DNA of 20,230 bases from Alphaproteobacteria bacterium (GCA_965261975.1 CBDHEC010000001.1:1-20230), one strand, 5' to 3'. Counted from the stretch's first letter, positions 1 through 11,143 are shown. Notes: generated by a model from the letters alone, not told the origin. Made by a program: numbers and translations.

Positions 1-542
1 AAGACGATCGACACCTACGGGTTGTTCATGAAGGCGAACAGCTCGGCTGGCGGACCGGGCGAGGGGGTCGCGCTGCGCTTCACCGACCGGCGCAACGATC
101 ACGAGGTGGAGCTGGCGGTGATCATCGGCGAGGGCGGTTCCGACATCGCCGAGGCCGATGCGATGGACCATATCTGCGCCTATTCGATCGGGCTCGACAT
201 GACCGTGCGGGGCACGGAGGACCGCAGCCTGCGCAAGGGGATTGATACCTATTCTGTGCTGGGGCCTGGCTGGTAACGGCCGATGAGATCGCCGACCCCG
301 GCCACCTGGATTTTCGAAATCCGTGTGAATGACGAGGTGCGCCAGAAATCGAACACCGAGTATCTGATTTCGATATCCCGCGTCTCATCGCCTATGCCTC
401 GTCATTCATGACGCTCTATCCCGGCGATGTCATCATGACGGGTACGCCCGAGGGCGTGGGCCCGGTCGAGCCCGGTGATGTGATGCACGCCTGGATCGAC
501 CAGGTGGGAGAGATGTCGATCCCGGTGCTTGCGCACGAATAA
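1..542 (+). CDS. Fumarylacetoacetate hydrolase (FAH) family protein, 5'-truncated by the window, with about 3 apparent frameshifts
   Basis: Frame 1 gives DHEVELAVIIG...YSIGLDMTVR...RKGIDTYSVLGP. Shifting frame near 264, 313 and 370 restores WLVTADEIADP, VNDEVRQKSNT and FDIPRLIAYASSFMTLYPGDVIMTGTPEGVGPV...AHE, with TAA at 540-542. These are typical FAH-fold motifs. Confidence 0.88.
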
Positions 543-553
543 CCGCCTCGCCC

Positions 554-584
554 TTGACCTTCCAGTAGCTGGAAGGTCTATGTT
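554..584 (+). promoter_or_regulatory. CueR-type MerR promoter: -35 TTGACC, 19-bp spacer, -10 TATGTT, with a CueR box
   Basis: ACCTTCC(557-563)-AGTAGCT-GGAAGGT(571-577) matches the established CueR operator ACCTTCC-N7-GGAAGGT. -35 is at 554-559 and -10 at 579-584, giving the elongated 19-bp spacer typical of MerR-activated promoters. Confidence 0.92.
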
Positions 585-618
585 CATCCCGTCACCCCGA
601 TCAGGCAGGAGACGGTCG

Positions 619-1017
619 ATGAACATCAGTGAAGCCGCCGAGCAGGCAGGCCTACCTGCGAAAACCATCCGTTATTACGAGGATATCGGACTGGTCGAGC
701 CGGCGCGCCGGCGTGATAACGGCTATCGCGACTATGCAGAGCGCGACGTGCATATGCTGCGTTTCCTGTCGCGCGCCCGTGGGCTCGGCTTCGCCGTCGA
801 GGAATGCCGCGCGCTCGTCGCGTTATACGCCGACACGGATCGCAAGAGCGCGGATGTGAAAGAGATCGCCCTCAACCGGGTGACGGACATCGACGCCAAG
901 ATCGCCGAGTTGCAGGCGATGCGCGCAACCCTGGTCGAACTTGCCGAGACCTGCCACGGCGACGATCGGCCCGACTGCCCGATCATCGATGACCTGGCCA
1001 GTCGTTTGGCCGACTGA
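619..1017 (+). CDS. cueR: Cu(I)-responsive MerR-family transcriptional regulator
   Basis: ATG 619 follows AGGAG (607-611). N-terminal [28 protein letters not shown]; C-terminal metal loop [12 protein letters not shown]. Confidence 0.95.
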   Translation: MNISEAAEQAGLPAKTIRYYEDIGLVEPARRRDNGYRDYAERDVHMLRFLSRARGLGFAVEECRALVALYADTDRKSADVKEIALNRVTDIDAKIAELQAMRATLVELAETCHGDDRPDCPIIDDLASRLAD

Positions 1018-1018
1018 G

Positions 1019-3328
<2,310 letters not shown>

Positions 3329-3337
3329 GCTGGCCTG

Positions 3338-4732
3338 CTAGGCCAGCGCCGCGCGCAGCTTCGGATACTGGGCCAAGATGCCCGCCGTCTCGGCCATGGA
3401 TTCGGAATCGTTGAAGGCGGGCACACCGGCCGCCTCCATCTTCTTGAACCATTCGTCCTGGTGTTCGAGGGTGCCCATCATCGAATGGAAGCAGGGTAAG
3501 CCGACATTTTCGGCCAGGCCCGAGAGCGTGTCGATGATCGGGCCCGCATCGACCATGAAGGGCACCACGTGAATGGTCAGGATGGCATCGAACGTGTCGC
3601 CGGCCTGGGCGACCGCCCCCTCGAAGGCGGGGCCGAACCGGTCTTCGCGCGCATCGGCCAGCAGGTCGATCGGGTTCGCCACGGCGGCCTCACCCGGCAG
3701 CATCTCGCGCAGGAGCGATGCATAGGCGTCGGGCAGGTCCGGCATCTCCAGCCCTTCGGCGCGCAGCTGGTCGGTGGTGATCACGCCGGGTCCGCCGGAA
3801 TTCGACAGGAGCAGCATGCGGGAACCGATCCCCTGCGGGTGCAGGCCGAAACCCTTGGCCGCGAGAAGCAGGCGCCGGACCGACGGGACGCGGATCACGC
3901 CGCAGTCGCGCAGATAGGCGTCGATCTCGGCGTTGGGCATGGCGGTGCCGCCGGTGTGGTTGCGCACGGCCGACGCGCCCTGTTCGGAGCCGCCGCCCAT
4001 GAGCGCCACCACCGGCTTCTTCGCGGCGACCTTGCGGGCGACCGCGCGGAACCGGTCATGGTCGGCGATGGCCTCTATGTAGAGCAGCACGCAGCGGCAG
4101 CTGTCCTGATTGCCGAGATATTCGAGATAGTCGGTCACCTCGAGATGGACGGCATTGCCGACCGAGACGACGGTGCTGACGGGCAGGCGGTCGATGTTGG
4201 CCTTGGCGATGATCTCTTCCGTGATTGCCCCCGATTGGGAGATCGCCGCGATGCCGCCGCCGGGCGGCAGGTCGCGCAGGAAGGTGGCGGCGAAGGGCGC
4301 GCCTTCGGCGAGGTGGATGATGCCCGCACAGTTGGGCCCGAAGATGGTGATGCCCGCGGCATCGGCCTTGCGCAGGAGTCCCGCCTCGCGCGCGACGCCG
4401 TCGTCGCCGGCCTCGCGGAACCCGCCGGGCAGGATCATCAGGTTCTTGTGGCCGGTCGCCGCGGCCTCGTCGACGATGTCGAGGATGAAATCCGGCCGGA
4501 TCACCACGACGACGAGATCCACGGGCGCGTCGAGTTCGGACAGGGAGGTCACGGCGGGCAGGCCGAGAATCTCGCCGCCCTTGGGGTTCACCGGAACAAT
4601 ACGCCCGGCATAGTTCGATGCGATCAGATTGCGCAGCACCGCCCCGCCGGAACTGGTGAGCCGCTCGCCCGCCCCGACGACGGCCACACTCTCAGGCTGG
4701 AAGAACGGACGGCAGTCGCGAGGTTCGGTCAT
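3338..4732 (-). CDS. Acyl-CoA synthetase (NDP-forming) alpha-subunit-like CoA-binding protein, lacking an ATP-grasp domain
   Basis: FFQPESVAVVGA, VPVNPKG, GGFRE, GPNCAG, SQSGA, VSVGN, NHTG (phospho-His position), SNSGGPG, NPIDL. The 464-aa protein ends without an ATP-grasp module. Confidence 0.85.
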   Translation of the reverse strand: MTEPRDCRPFFQPESVAVVGAGERLTSSGGAVLRNLIASNYAGRIVPVNPKGGEILGLPAVTSLSELDAPVDLVVVVIRPDFILDIVDEAAATGHKNLMILPGGFREAGDDGVAREAGLLRKADAAGITIFGPNCAGIIHLAEGAPFAATFLRDLPPGGGIAAISQSGAITEEIIAKANIDRLPVSTVVSVGNAVHLEVTDYLEYLGNQDSCRCVLLYIEAIADHDRFRAVARKVAAKKPVVALMGGGSEQGASAVRNHTGGTAMPNAEIDAYLRDCGVIRVPSVRRLLLAAKGFGLHPQGIGSRMLLLSNSGGPGVITTDQLRAEGLEMPDLPDAYASLLREMLPGEAAVANPIDLLADAREDRFGPAFEGAVAQAGDTFDAILTIHVVPFMVDAGPIIDTLSGLAENVGLPCFHSMMGTLEHQDEWFKKMEAAGVPAFNDSESMAETAGILAQYPKLRAALA

Positions 4733-4747
4733 CGGATATCTACCAGC

Positions 4748-5311
4748 CTAGAAGATGTAGAAGGTGGCGGCGCGCACACACAGCGGCCAGTGGCCGGCCT
4801 CGAACAGGCGGAACTTGGCTGCGAAGGGGTGGCCGCTATTGTCATTGGCGGCGTCAACGCCCGCGGCTTTCTCGACCGCCGCCTGATAGGCCGACATGGT
4901 GGCCGCGCCGGCCGCGGACCGGGTCAGGCCCTGGTCCGCCACGCCGCCACGTGCCGCCGCGACGGCGGCCGCGCCATGCACGATGTCGGAGACCTTGTCG
5001 GACAGATCCGTGAGGGCGTGGGTGAGGGGCATGTCGCCGACCTTGGCCGTGGCCTGGTCGAGCAGGGTCTTGCGCCGGTCTTCCTCGGCATCCCACCAGT
5101 CGGCATCCCAGTCGGTCTGCTTGATGCAATCCTCGGCCGCGCGCCAGTCGGCGATCTCGACGATCGGCAGATCACCGAGGCCGAGGGCCTGGGTGTATTC
5201 CGCGACATCCCCGCGTTCGGCCGTGCTCAGTGGCGTGCCGACGAAGGAGAACCATGACGCCGTGCGCAATCGCTGGGGAAAGTCGGCGAGCGCCGCGACA
5301 TGGTCGGTCAT
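4748..5311 (-). CDS. Hypothetical protein, 187 aa
   Basis: The start codon directly abuts the gtdA stop (5312) and the stop lies 15 nt before the next gene. Composition is protein-like; no family recognised. Confidence 0.8.
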   Translation of the reverse strand: MTDHVAALADFPQRLRTASWFSFVGTPLSTAERGDVAEYTQALGLGDLPIVEIADWRAAEDCIKQTDWDADWWDAEEDRRKTLLDQATAKVGDMPLTHALTDLSDKVSDIVHGAAAVAAARGGVADQGLTRSAAGAATMSAYQAAVEKAAGVDAANDNSGHPFAAKFRLFEAGHWPLCVRAATFYIF

Positions 5312-6358
5312 TCAGGCGTTCCCGCGGTCCTCGCGCCACAGGCCGAGCTTCTGCTGGGCCGGGCGATCGGAGAAGCTGAACAGCACCGCGTCCTCGCTGG
5401 CGATGTGCCGCTGGGGTACCCAGCAGGGGACGACGAAATGATCGCGCGGACCCCATTCGAAGGTCTGGTCGCCGATGATCGATTTCCCGGTTCCCTCGAC
5501 CACGGAGTAGACAGTGCCGTCGGAGCATCGATAGCCCGCCGTCTCGAAACCCTTGGGCAGGAGCTGCATGAAGGTGCCGATGGTCGGCATCGGGGAATCG
5601 CCGTTGTCCGGGTTCACATAGCGCAGCTTGAGGCCGTGGCAGGGATCCCACTCGTCGGTCTTGCGCATGGTCTCCAGCGCCTCGCGGGTGCGCGTGTAGG
5701 GATAGTTGAAGATCGGCGAGGATGGGCTGCGTTGTTCGTGGTCGACCGGAAGCAGGCCCGAACCGTAGCGCGCGAGGGAATCACCGCTCGGGCGGGTCTT
5801 GCCCTGGTTCTTCTCGCCATAGGGCTCCGCAAACGTGGTGTCGAGAGTCTCGACCAGGGGTACATCGAGCCCGTCGAGCCACACCATCGGGTTGTCCGAG
5901 GGGTTGCCATGGTCGTGCCAGGTCCAGGACGGGGTGATGACGAAGTCGCCTTCCTCCATGATGGTTTTCTCGCCGTCGACGGCGGTGTAGGCGCCGGACC
6001 CCTCGACGATGAAGCGGAGCGCCGCCTGGGTGTGGCGATGGGCCGGCGCGATCTCGCCCGGCATGATGAGCTGCAGGCCCGCGAACAGGGAAGTGGTGAC
6101 CCGGTAGCGCCCGCGCATCCCCGGGTTCTCGAGGATGAGCACCCGGCGCTCGGCCTGCTCCGCCGTGATCAGGTCGGCCGACTTCATCAGCGTGTCGCGG
6201 ATCTCGTTATAGTGCCAAATGTAGGGCTCGCAATCGCTCTTCGGCTCCTTGCGGGCGAAGGTGTGCAGCACCTCCCAGAGCGGCGCGAGATTCTTCGGGT
6301 CGCAATCGTCCTTGTAGTAAGGCAACAGGTCGGGACGAACGTCGGATCGGATGCTCAT
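5312..6358 (-). CDS. gtdA: Gentisate 1,2-dioxygenase (bicupin)
   Basis: LAPLWEVL, AERRVLILENPG, AGLQLIMPGE.APAHRH, TPSWTWHDHGN, WLDGLDVP, SPIFNYPY, LRYVNP, FSFSDRPAQQKLGLWRE. RBS GAGGAAG upstream. Confidence 0.93.
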   Translation of the reverse strand: MSIRSDVRPDLLPYYKDDCDPKNLAPLWEVLHTFARKEPKSDCEPYIWHYNEIRDTLMKSADLITAEQAERRVLILENPGMRGRYRVTTSLFAGLQLIMPGEIAPAHRHTQAALRFIVEGSGAYTAVDGEKTIMEEGDFVITPSWTWHDHGNPSDNPMVWLDGLDVPLVETLDTTFAEPYGEKNQGKTRPSGDSLARYGSGLLPVDHEQRSPSSPIFNYPYTRTREALETMRKTDEWDPCHGLKLRYVNPDNGDSPMPTIGTFMQLLPKGFETAGYRCSDGTVYSVVEGTGKSIIGDQTFEWGPRDHFVVPCWVPQRHIASEDAVLFSFSDRPAQQKLGLWREDRGNA

Positions 6359-6395
6359 GTGACTTCCTCGTGTGTGCGGTGGTCGGGCGCCCTTG

Positions 6396-7109
6396 TCAGG
6401 CCGCTTCCGCCACGTCCGGCAGTGTCAGGTTGAGTTCGCCCTCGACCAGCTCACGTGCCCGTTTGACATAGTCGGCCAGCATATCCTCATTGGTCCGCTG
6501 CTTGATCCCCCATTTGCGATAAATTTCGTTGTTCTTCGAACCGGCGCGGCCGAAGAACTTCGGCAAAATCGGGAAATAGCGGTTAATCGCGTCCTGCACC
6601 GCCTTGCGGCCCTCGTCTGTCTGGATCAATTCCTTGCAGAAATCCTCGCCGAACTGCGCATGGAAGCGTTCCTCGGGCATGGTCATGCGCGACAGGTTGC
6701 GCAGCGGCAGGAACTTGCACTGGGCCAGATCCTCGACCTGGAGAATCTCTGCCAGGTCGGCCAGCAGCTTGATGACGCAGAACTCTTCCCAGGATTCGAG
6801 CGGGAACTCAAAGATCGACAACGGCTTCTTGTCGCCCGGGATCATGCGCTCCGGTGCGATGCCGATTTCCTCGCCCAACTCGCGGAAACGCACATGATGG
6901 CCGTATTCCTCCATGGCGACCCGGCAGGTCAGCCATTTGGAATAGGGGGTCGGCGCCAGCGCGATGGCCGGTTCGTCGAACACCTGGGCGCCGTAGAGTT
7001 CATTCACGGCGTGGCTGATGACGATCTTCTCGACCGCCACGCGGAATTCTTCCGGGGCGTCCTGCAACTCGCGGGAGGTCTCGACGGAATCTCCGGGATT
7101 GATGCTCAT
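6396..7109 (-). CDS. PaaA/BoxB-family ferritin-like di-iron aryl-CoA oxygenase (catalytic-type), 237 aa
   Basis: Putative ligand set E37, E68-x-x-H71 (EEYGHH), D118, E147-x-x-H150 (EERFH). PaaA-like tail NRYFP...FG...KWGIKQRTNEDM. RBS AGGAG upstream. Confidence 0.85.
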   Translation of the reverse strand: MSINPGDSVETSRELQDAPEEFRVAVEKIVISHAVNELYGAQVFDEPAIALAPTPYSKWLTCRVAMEEYGHHVRFRELGEEIGIAPERMIPGDKKPLSIFEFPLESWEEFCVIKLLADLAEILQVEDLAQCKFLPLRNLSRMTMPEERFHAQFGEDFCKELIQTDEGRKAVQDAINRYFPILPKFFGRAGSKNNEIYRKWGIKQRTNEDMLADYVKRARELVEGELNLTLPDVAEAA

Positions 7110-7142
7110 GGGTTGCTCTCCTGTCGGTTGGACAATTGTCGG

Positions 7143-8099
7143 CTAGACCTTCGGGTCCGTGTTGAAGGATTCCAGGTCCGTGGTGAGGTCGGTGTAGTCG
7201 GCGCTGAACTCGTCGGGTGCTGCGGCGACCAGGTCGGCGACATCCCAGTCCTTGTCGTCGCGCGACAGGGTCGCCACCGGGCGCGGCTGGGAGAAAAGGA
7301 ACAGCTCGCGGCCGCGCACCCCGAAAATCTGGCCGGTGATGGACTGGCTCTCGGGCTGGCACAGCCAGGCGACGGCCGTGGCCACATGGTCGGGCGACAG
7401 CTTGAGGGCGCGTTCCTTGTAGGCGGCCTGCTCGTCGTTGGCGGGCACGATCATGTCGGTGACCCGGGTTGCGGCGAAGGGTGCGATGGCGTTGCAGGTG
7501 ATGCCGGCGCGCCCGAGGTCCATGGCGGCCACGCGGGTCAGCCCGATCATTCCGGACTTGGCCGAGGCGTAGGCTGATTGGCCGAAATTTCCATACAGGC
7601 CCGCGGAGGAGGTGATGTTGATGATCCGACCCCAGTCATAGGGGGCACCGCCGCGCTCTTCCTTGGCCTGGGCGCGCATCACCGGGGTGGCGGCGTTCGC
7701 CAGATACCAGGCGCCACACAGGTTGGTTTCGATCACCTCGCGGAAGTCGTTCGGGTCGGACTTGAAGATGAAGCCGTCCCGCAGGATGGCGGCGTTGTTC
7801 ACGAGGATGTCGAGCCCGCCAAAAGTTTCGGTGGCACATTCGACGGCGGCGCGCGCGCCCTCGGCGCTGGCGATCGAGCCCGTGAAGGCCGCGGCATTGT
7901 CGCCGATGGCCGCGGCTGCGGCCGCCGCAACCGATGGGTCGGCGTCCTGGCCCCCCACATCGCCGCCATTGTCTGCGATCACGACCTGAGCCCCGCGTGC
8001 GGCGAGCGACTGCGCGATGGCCAGCCCGATGCCACGACCGGCCCCGCTTATCAGTGCGACGCGGCCGTCGAGCCGTCCGTCTTGAGTCTCAGCGCTCAT
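7143..8099 (-). CDS. Short-chain dehydrogenase/reductase (3-hydroxyacyl-CoA dehydrogenase/MFE-2-like type)
   Basis: SGAGRGIG, NNAAILRD, NITSSAGLYGNFGQSAYASAK (YxxxK). Start MSAETQ at 8099 overlaps the reductase stop (ATGA). Confidence 0.9.
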   Translation of the reverse strand: MSAETQDGRLDGRVALISGAGRGIGLAIAQSLAARGAQVVIADNGGDVGGQDADPSVAAAAAAAIGDNAAAFTGSIASAEGARAAVECATETFGGLDILVNNAAILRDGFIFKSDPNDFREVIETNLCGAWYLANAATPVMRAQAKEERGGAPYDWGRIINITSSAGLYGNFGQSAYASAKSGMIGLTRVAAMDLGRAGITCNAIAPFAATRVTDMIVPANDEQAAYKERALKLSPDHVATAVAWLCQPESQSITGQIFGVRGRELFLFSQPRPVATLSRDDKDWDVADLVAAAPDEFSADYTDLTTDLESFNTDPKV

Positions 8100-9124
8100 G
8101 ACGCCTCCTCGAGTTTTGCCTTCTCGGCCTCGGTGTAGAACGCGTCCGCGTGACAATCCTCGTCGCGCACACGCATTTCCTTGAGCTTGCCGACGCAGGT
8201 CTCGACCATGATGGGCGGGCCCGCCAGATAGGCCTTGGAGCCGTCCAGGTCGTCGAAGTCATCGGCCATCACGTCTGCCAGAAACCCGCTGCGGCGGTCG
8301 GTCGTTCCCGCCGGCTCGGACAGGACGATTTCGAACGAGAAGTTCTCATGCGTCGCCGCAAGCGAGCGGAAGTGATCTTCGAGATAGACATCCTCTTCGG
8401 CGCGGACGCCGAAATACATGTGGATAGGCTGTTCGGCGCCGGCGGCAAGCGCGGATTCGACGATCGACTTTACCGGCGCAAGACCGGAGCCGCCGGCCAG
8501 TGCGACTATCGGGCCGGTATGCTTCTCGCGCAGGTATGAGATCCCATAGGGTCCCTCGACGCGGACGTCGTCGCCGACCTTCAGCTCCTGATAAACGAAA
8601 CTGCTCACCCCGCCGTCGGGAACCATCCGGATGTGGAATTCGAGAATATCTTCATCGGGCAGGCTGGCCATCGAATAGTCGCGCGGCGGCTGGCCGGGAA
8701 AGTGCAGGCGGGCGTATTGGCCGGCCGTGAATTCGAACGGGCCGTGGGCCTCGATCGAGAGGCGCACGCGGGCGATGTCGTGGGTCAGATGTTCCAGCGA
8801 GACGACCTTGCAGTCGAGCTTGCGCAGCGGGTGGGAGATCACCTCGTCCTGCTCCAGCCATGCGACCTCGCAATCGCTCCAGGGCACGGCGCGGCAGGCG
8901 AGGATAAGACCCGATTCTTTCTCCTCGTCGCTCAGCGCATAGTCCGAGTAGGGCGACATCTCGATCTCCCCGGAATGCAGGCGCGACTTGCACGCGCCGC
9001 AATTCCCCGACTGGCAGCCATGGGGGTAGGAGATACCTGCGGCCAGCGCGGCCGTGAGGATCGTATCGCCCATCTCGACGTCGAGCGGCTCATCGGATTG
9101 CTTGAGTTTGACGGAAAAAGTCAT
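8096..9124 (-). CDS. Oxygenase reductase: plant-type 2Fe-2S ferredoxin plus FAD/NAD(P)H-binding FNR domains
   Basis: CQSGNCGAC...LAC cluster motif, RDYS flavin motif, GPYG, AGGSGLAP, YFG.R, YLAGPPIMV, DAFY. Confidence 0.93.
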   Translation of the reverse strand: MTFSVKLKQSDEPLDVEMGDTILTAALAAGISYPHGCQSGNCGACKSRLHSGEIEMSPYSDYALSDEEKESGLILACRAVPWSDCEVAWLEQDEVISHPLRKLDCKVVSLEHLTHDIARVRLSIEAHGPFEFTAGQYARLHFPGQPPRDYSMASLPDEDILEFHIRMVPDGGVSSFVYQELKVGDDVRVEGPYGISYLREKHTGPIVALAGGSGLAPVKSIVESALAAGAEQPIHMYFGVRAEEDVYLEDHFRSLAATHENFSFEIVLSEPAGTTDRRSGFLADVMADDFDDLDGSKAYLAGPPIMVETCVGKLKEMRVRDEDCHADAFYTEAEKAKLEEAS

Positions 9125-9148
9125 GGCGGCCCCGATTGTAGCAGGATC

Positions 9149-9188
9149 AATTAGTTTGTAACGCTAATTATTGTCAATACAAACTAAT
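9149..9188 (-). promoter_or_regulatory. Putative internal sigma70 promoter overlapped by an inverted-repeat operator
   Basis: Minus-strand TTGACA (9177-9172), 17 bp, CTAATT (9154-9149). Perfect 11-bp inverted repeat ATTAGTTTGTA (9150-9160) / TACAAACTAAT (9178-9188) in an AT-rich island. Confidence 0.65.
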
Positions 9189-9213
9189 CATGCGGGCCCT
9201 TGGCGCAGGGGGA

Positions 9214-10533
9214 TCAGTTCAACAGACGTGGCAGGATGAGGGTGATTCCCGGCAGAAAGACGAGGATGACGACCCGCACGACGTCGGACATGAAGAAGGG
9301 GATCACGCCCTTGAAGGTCTCGATCATCGGCACGTCGCGGGCCATGGAGTTGATGATGAACACGTTGAGCCCGACCGGCGGCGTGATCAGTCCCATTTCG
9401 ACGACGATGAGCGAGATGATCCCGAACCAGAGCTTGGTCTCCTCCGGGCTCATGCCGAAATCCAGGCCCGCGATGATCGGCCAGAAGATCGGCACGGTCA
9501 GGAAGATCATGGAGAGCGAGTCCATGACGAAGCCGAGCAGGATGTAGAGCACGATCATGCCGGCCAGGATCGTCAGCGGCGGGAGGCCGGAACTGCCGAA
9601 GAAATCCGCGGCGAAGATCGGCAACTCGGAGAAACCCAGGAAGGCGTTGAAAATCGCCGCGCCGAGCAAGATCAGGAAGATCATCGCCGTCGTCTGCGCG
9701 GTGCCGAGCAGGGCCTCGACGAATCCCTTCCACCGCATGCCGCCGCGGGTGATGGCAATCAGGAAGGTGCCGGACGCGCCCACGCCGGCGCCTTCCGTGG
9801 GGGTGAAGACCCCGAAATAGATGCCGCCCATCACCAGGATGAAGATCAGCAGGACCGGCCAGATTTCCAGCAGCGCCGACCATTTCTCCGCCCGGCTTGC
9901 CGTCGGGCCGGCGGGACCCGCCTCCGGGTTTACCCGCACGACGATGGCGATCACCGCCATGTAACCCAGGGCCGCGAGGACGCCGGGAATGAAGGCCGCC
10001 TGAAAAAGCGTCGCCACATTCGCCTCGACCATCACCGCATAGATGATCAACACGATCGAAGGCGGAATCAGGATGCCCAGGGTGCCACCGGCGGCCAGGG
10101 TGCCCGTGGCCAATGCGCCGGAATAGTTGAAGCGGCGCAGCTCGGGCAGGGCGACCTGGCCCATGGTGGCCGAGGTGGCCAGCGAGGATCCGCTGATCGC
10201 GCCGAACCCGGCGCAGCCACCGACGGCCGCCATCGCGACGCCGCCGCGATGATGCCCGAGCCAGGTATAGGCTGCCGAGAACAGGGCCTGGCTGAGCCCG
10301 GCCTTGGCGGCGAACTGGCCCATCAGCAGGAACAGCGGGACCACCGAGAGGCTGTCGCTGGTGAAGCGCCAGTAGGTCTCGGTCTTGAGATAGCTAAACA
10401 GCGCGACCTCGCCCGCGATCGTGACGTAGCCGACAATGCCGACCCCGAGCATGGCGACGCCGATGGGGATGCGCACGGCCAGCAGGACCAGGAGGGCGGC
10501 GAAGCCGACCAGTCCGGTTTCGAGGCCGCTCAT
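9214..10533 (-). CDS. dctM: TRAP transporter large permease
   Basis: Highly hydrophobic 439 aa with VPLFLLMG, FGAISGSSLAT, AGGTLGILIPPS, TPTEGA and GLITPPVGLNVF. Confidence 0.95.
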   Translation of the reverse strand: MSGLETGLVGFAALLVLLAVRIPIGVAMLGVGIVGYVTIAGEVALFSYLKTETYWRFTSDSLSVVPLFLLMGQFAAKAGLSQALFSAAYTWLGHHRGGVAMAAVGGCAGFGAISGSSLATSATMGQVALPELRRFNYSGALATGTLAAGGTLGILIPPSIVLIIYAVMVEANVATLFQAAFIPGVLAALGYMAVIAIVVRVNPEAGPAGPTASRAEKWSALLEIWPVLLIFILVMGGIYFGVFTPTEGAGVGASGTFLIAITRGGMRWKGFVEALLGTAQTTAMIFLILLGAAIFNAFLGFSELPIFAADFFGSSGLPPLTILAGMIVLYILLGFVMDSLSMIFLTVPIFWPIIAGLDFGMSPEETKLWFGIISLIVVEMGLITPPVGLNVFIINSMARDVPMIETFKGVIPFFMSDVVRVVILVFLPGITLILPRLLN

Positions 10534-11099
10534 GGTTGCGGCTCGCCGGGGCCGCCGCCGTCCACGTCTTGTCCGTAACGCCCGGCGCGGAGCTCGGCGA
10601 GGCTGCGGCCGATTGTGTAGACAATCACGACCACCAGGAAGGACATCATCACGAAGGAGGCGGGGAAAGTGGTCCAGCGCGGGAAGTTAATGGTCATCGA
10701 CAATTCGTTGTACTCGTACATGTCGAGGCCGCCGAAGATCATCCGCCAGGCCAGCAGGGTGGCGATGACCAGGTAGACGATGCCGCCGACCACATCGGAG
10801 AAAATGCGCGCGCGCGGCGGGGTGGCGGACATGAAGAAGTCGACGAGCACATTGCCGCGGACGAGCTGGCACCAGGGCAGGAAGGCGAAGACGGCGAGGC
10901 CCGTGCCGATGGCCACCAGCTCGAAATCGCCGGAGATCGGATTGTTGAGCAGCGAGCGTCCGGTAACGCTGACGGTCGTCAACAGGGCCATGGCGCACAG
11001 GATGATGCCGCCGAAGATCGCGAGCCACCTTGCGATGGCGTAAAGCACCCGGCCCACCGGATCGGCGGGCCGGGCGTTGTCAGATGATATTTCGCTCAT
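10530..11099 (-). CDS. dctQ: TRAP transporter small permease
   Basis: Four hydrophobic segments, V.GRSL...I.GDFEL and RGNVLVDFF. Stop overlaps the dctM start (ATGA). Confidence 0.92.
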   Translation of the reverse strand: MSEISSDNARPADPVGRVLYAIARWLAIFGGIILCAMALLTTVSVTGRSLLNNPISGDFELVAIGTGLAVFAFLPWCQLVRGNVLVDFFMSATPPRARIFSDVVGGIVYLVIATLLAWRMIFGGLDMYEYNELSMTINFPRWTTFPASFVMMSFLVVVIVYTIGRSLAELRAGRYGQDVDGGGPGEPQP

Positions 11100-11143
11100 C
11101 GGCGAAGACCCGAGCGGTCATGGGTTGGTCGTGCGGGGTTCCC

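Noticed and set aside
529-1018. Longer starts for cueR (529) and copA (941), and likewise for the SDR (8156), dctP (12325), thioesterase (12811), MarR (12898) and DUF1036-like gene (19495)
   Set aside because: The extensions run through promoters, intergenic DNA or neighbouring genes. Downstream starts fit better on RBS, translational coupling, signal peptide or family N-terminus.
3329-3347. Hairpin GCTGGCCT-GCT-AGGCCAGC at the convergent copA / ligase junction
   Set aside because: It is well placed but has no convincing U-tract and overlaps coding sequence, so it is too weak to call a terminator.
6396-9124. Calling this a standard paa (phenylacetate) or box (benzoate) operon
   Set aside because: No paaB/C/D/G/Z/K or boxA/C/D is present, the di-iron protein is too short for BoxB, and it is linked to gtdA instead.
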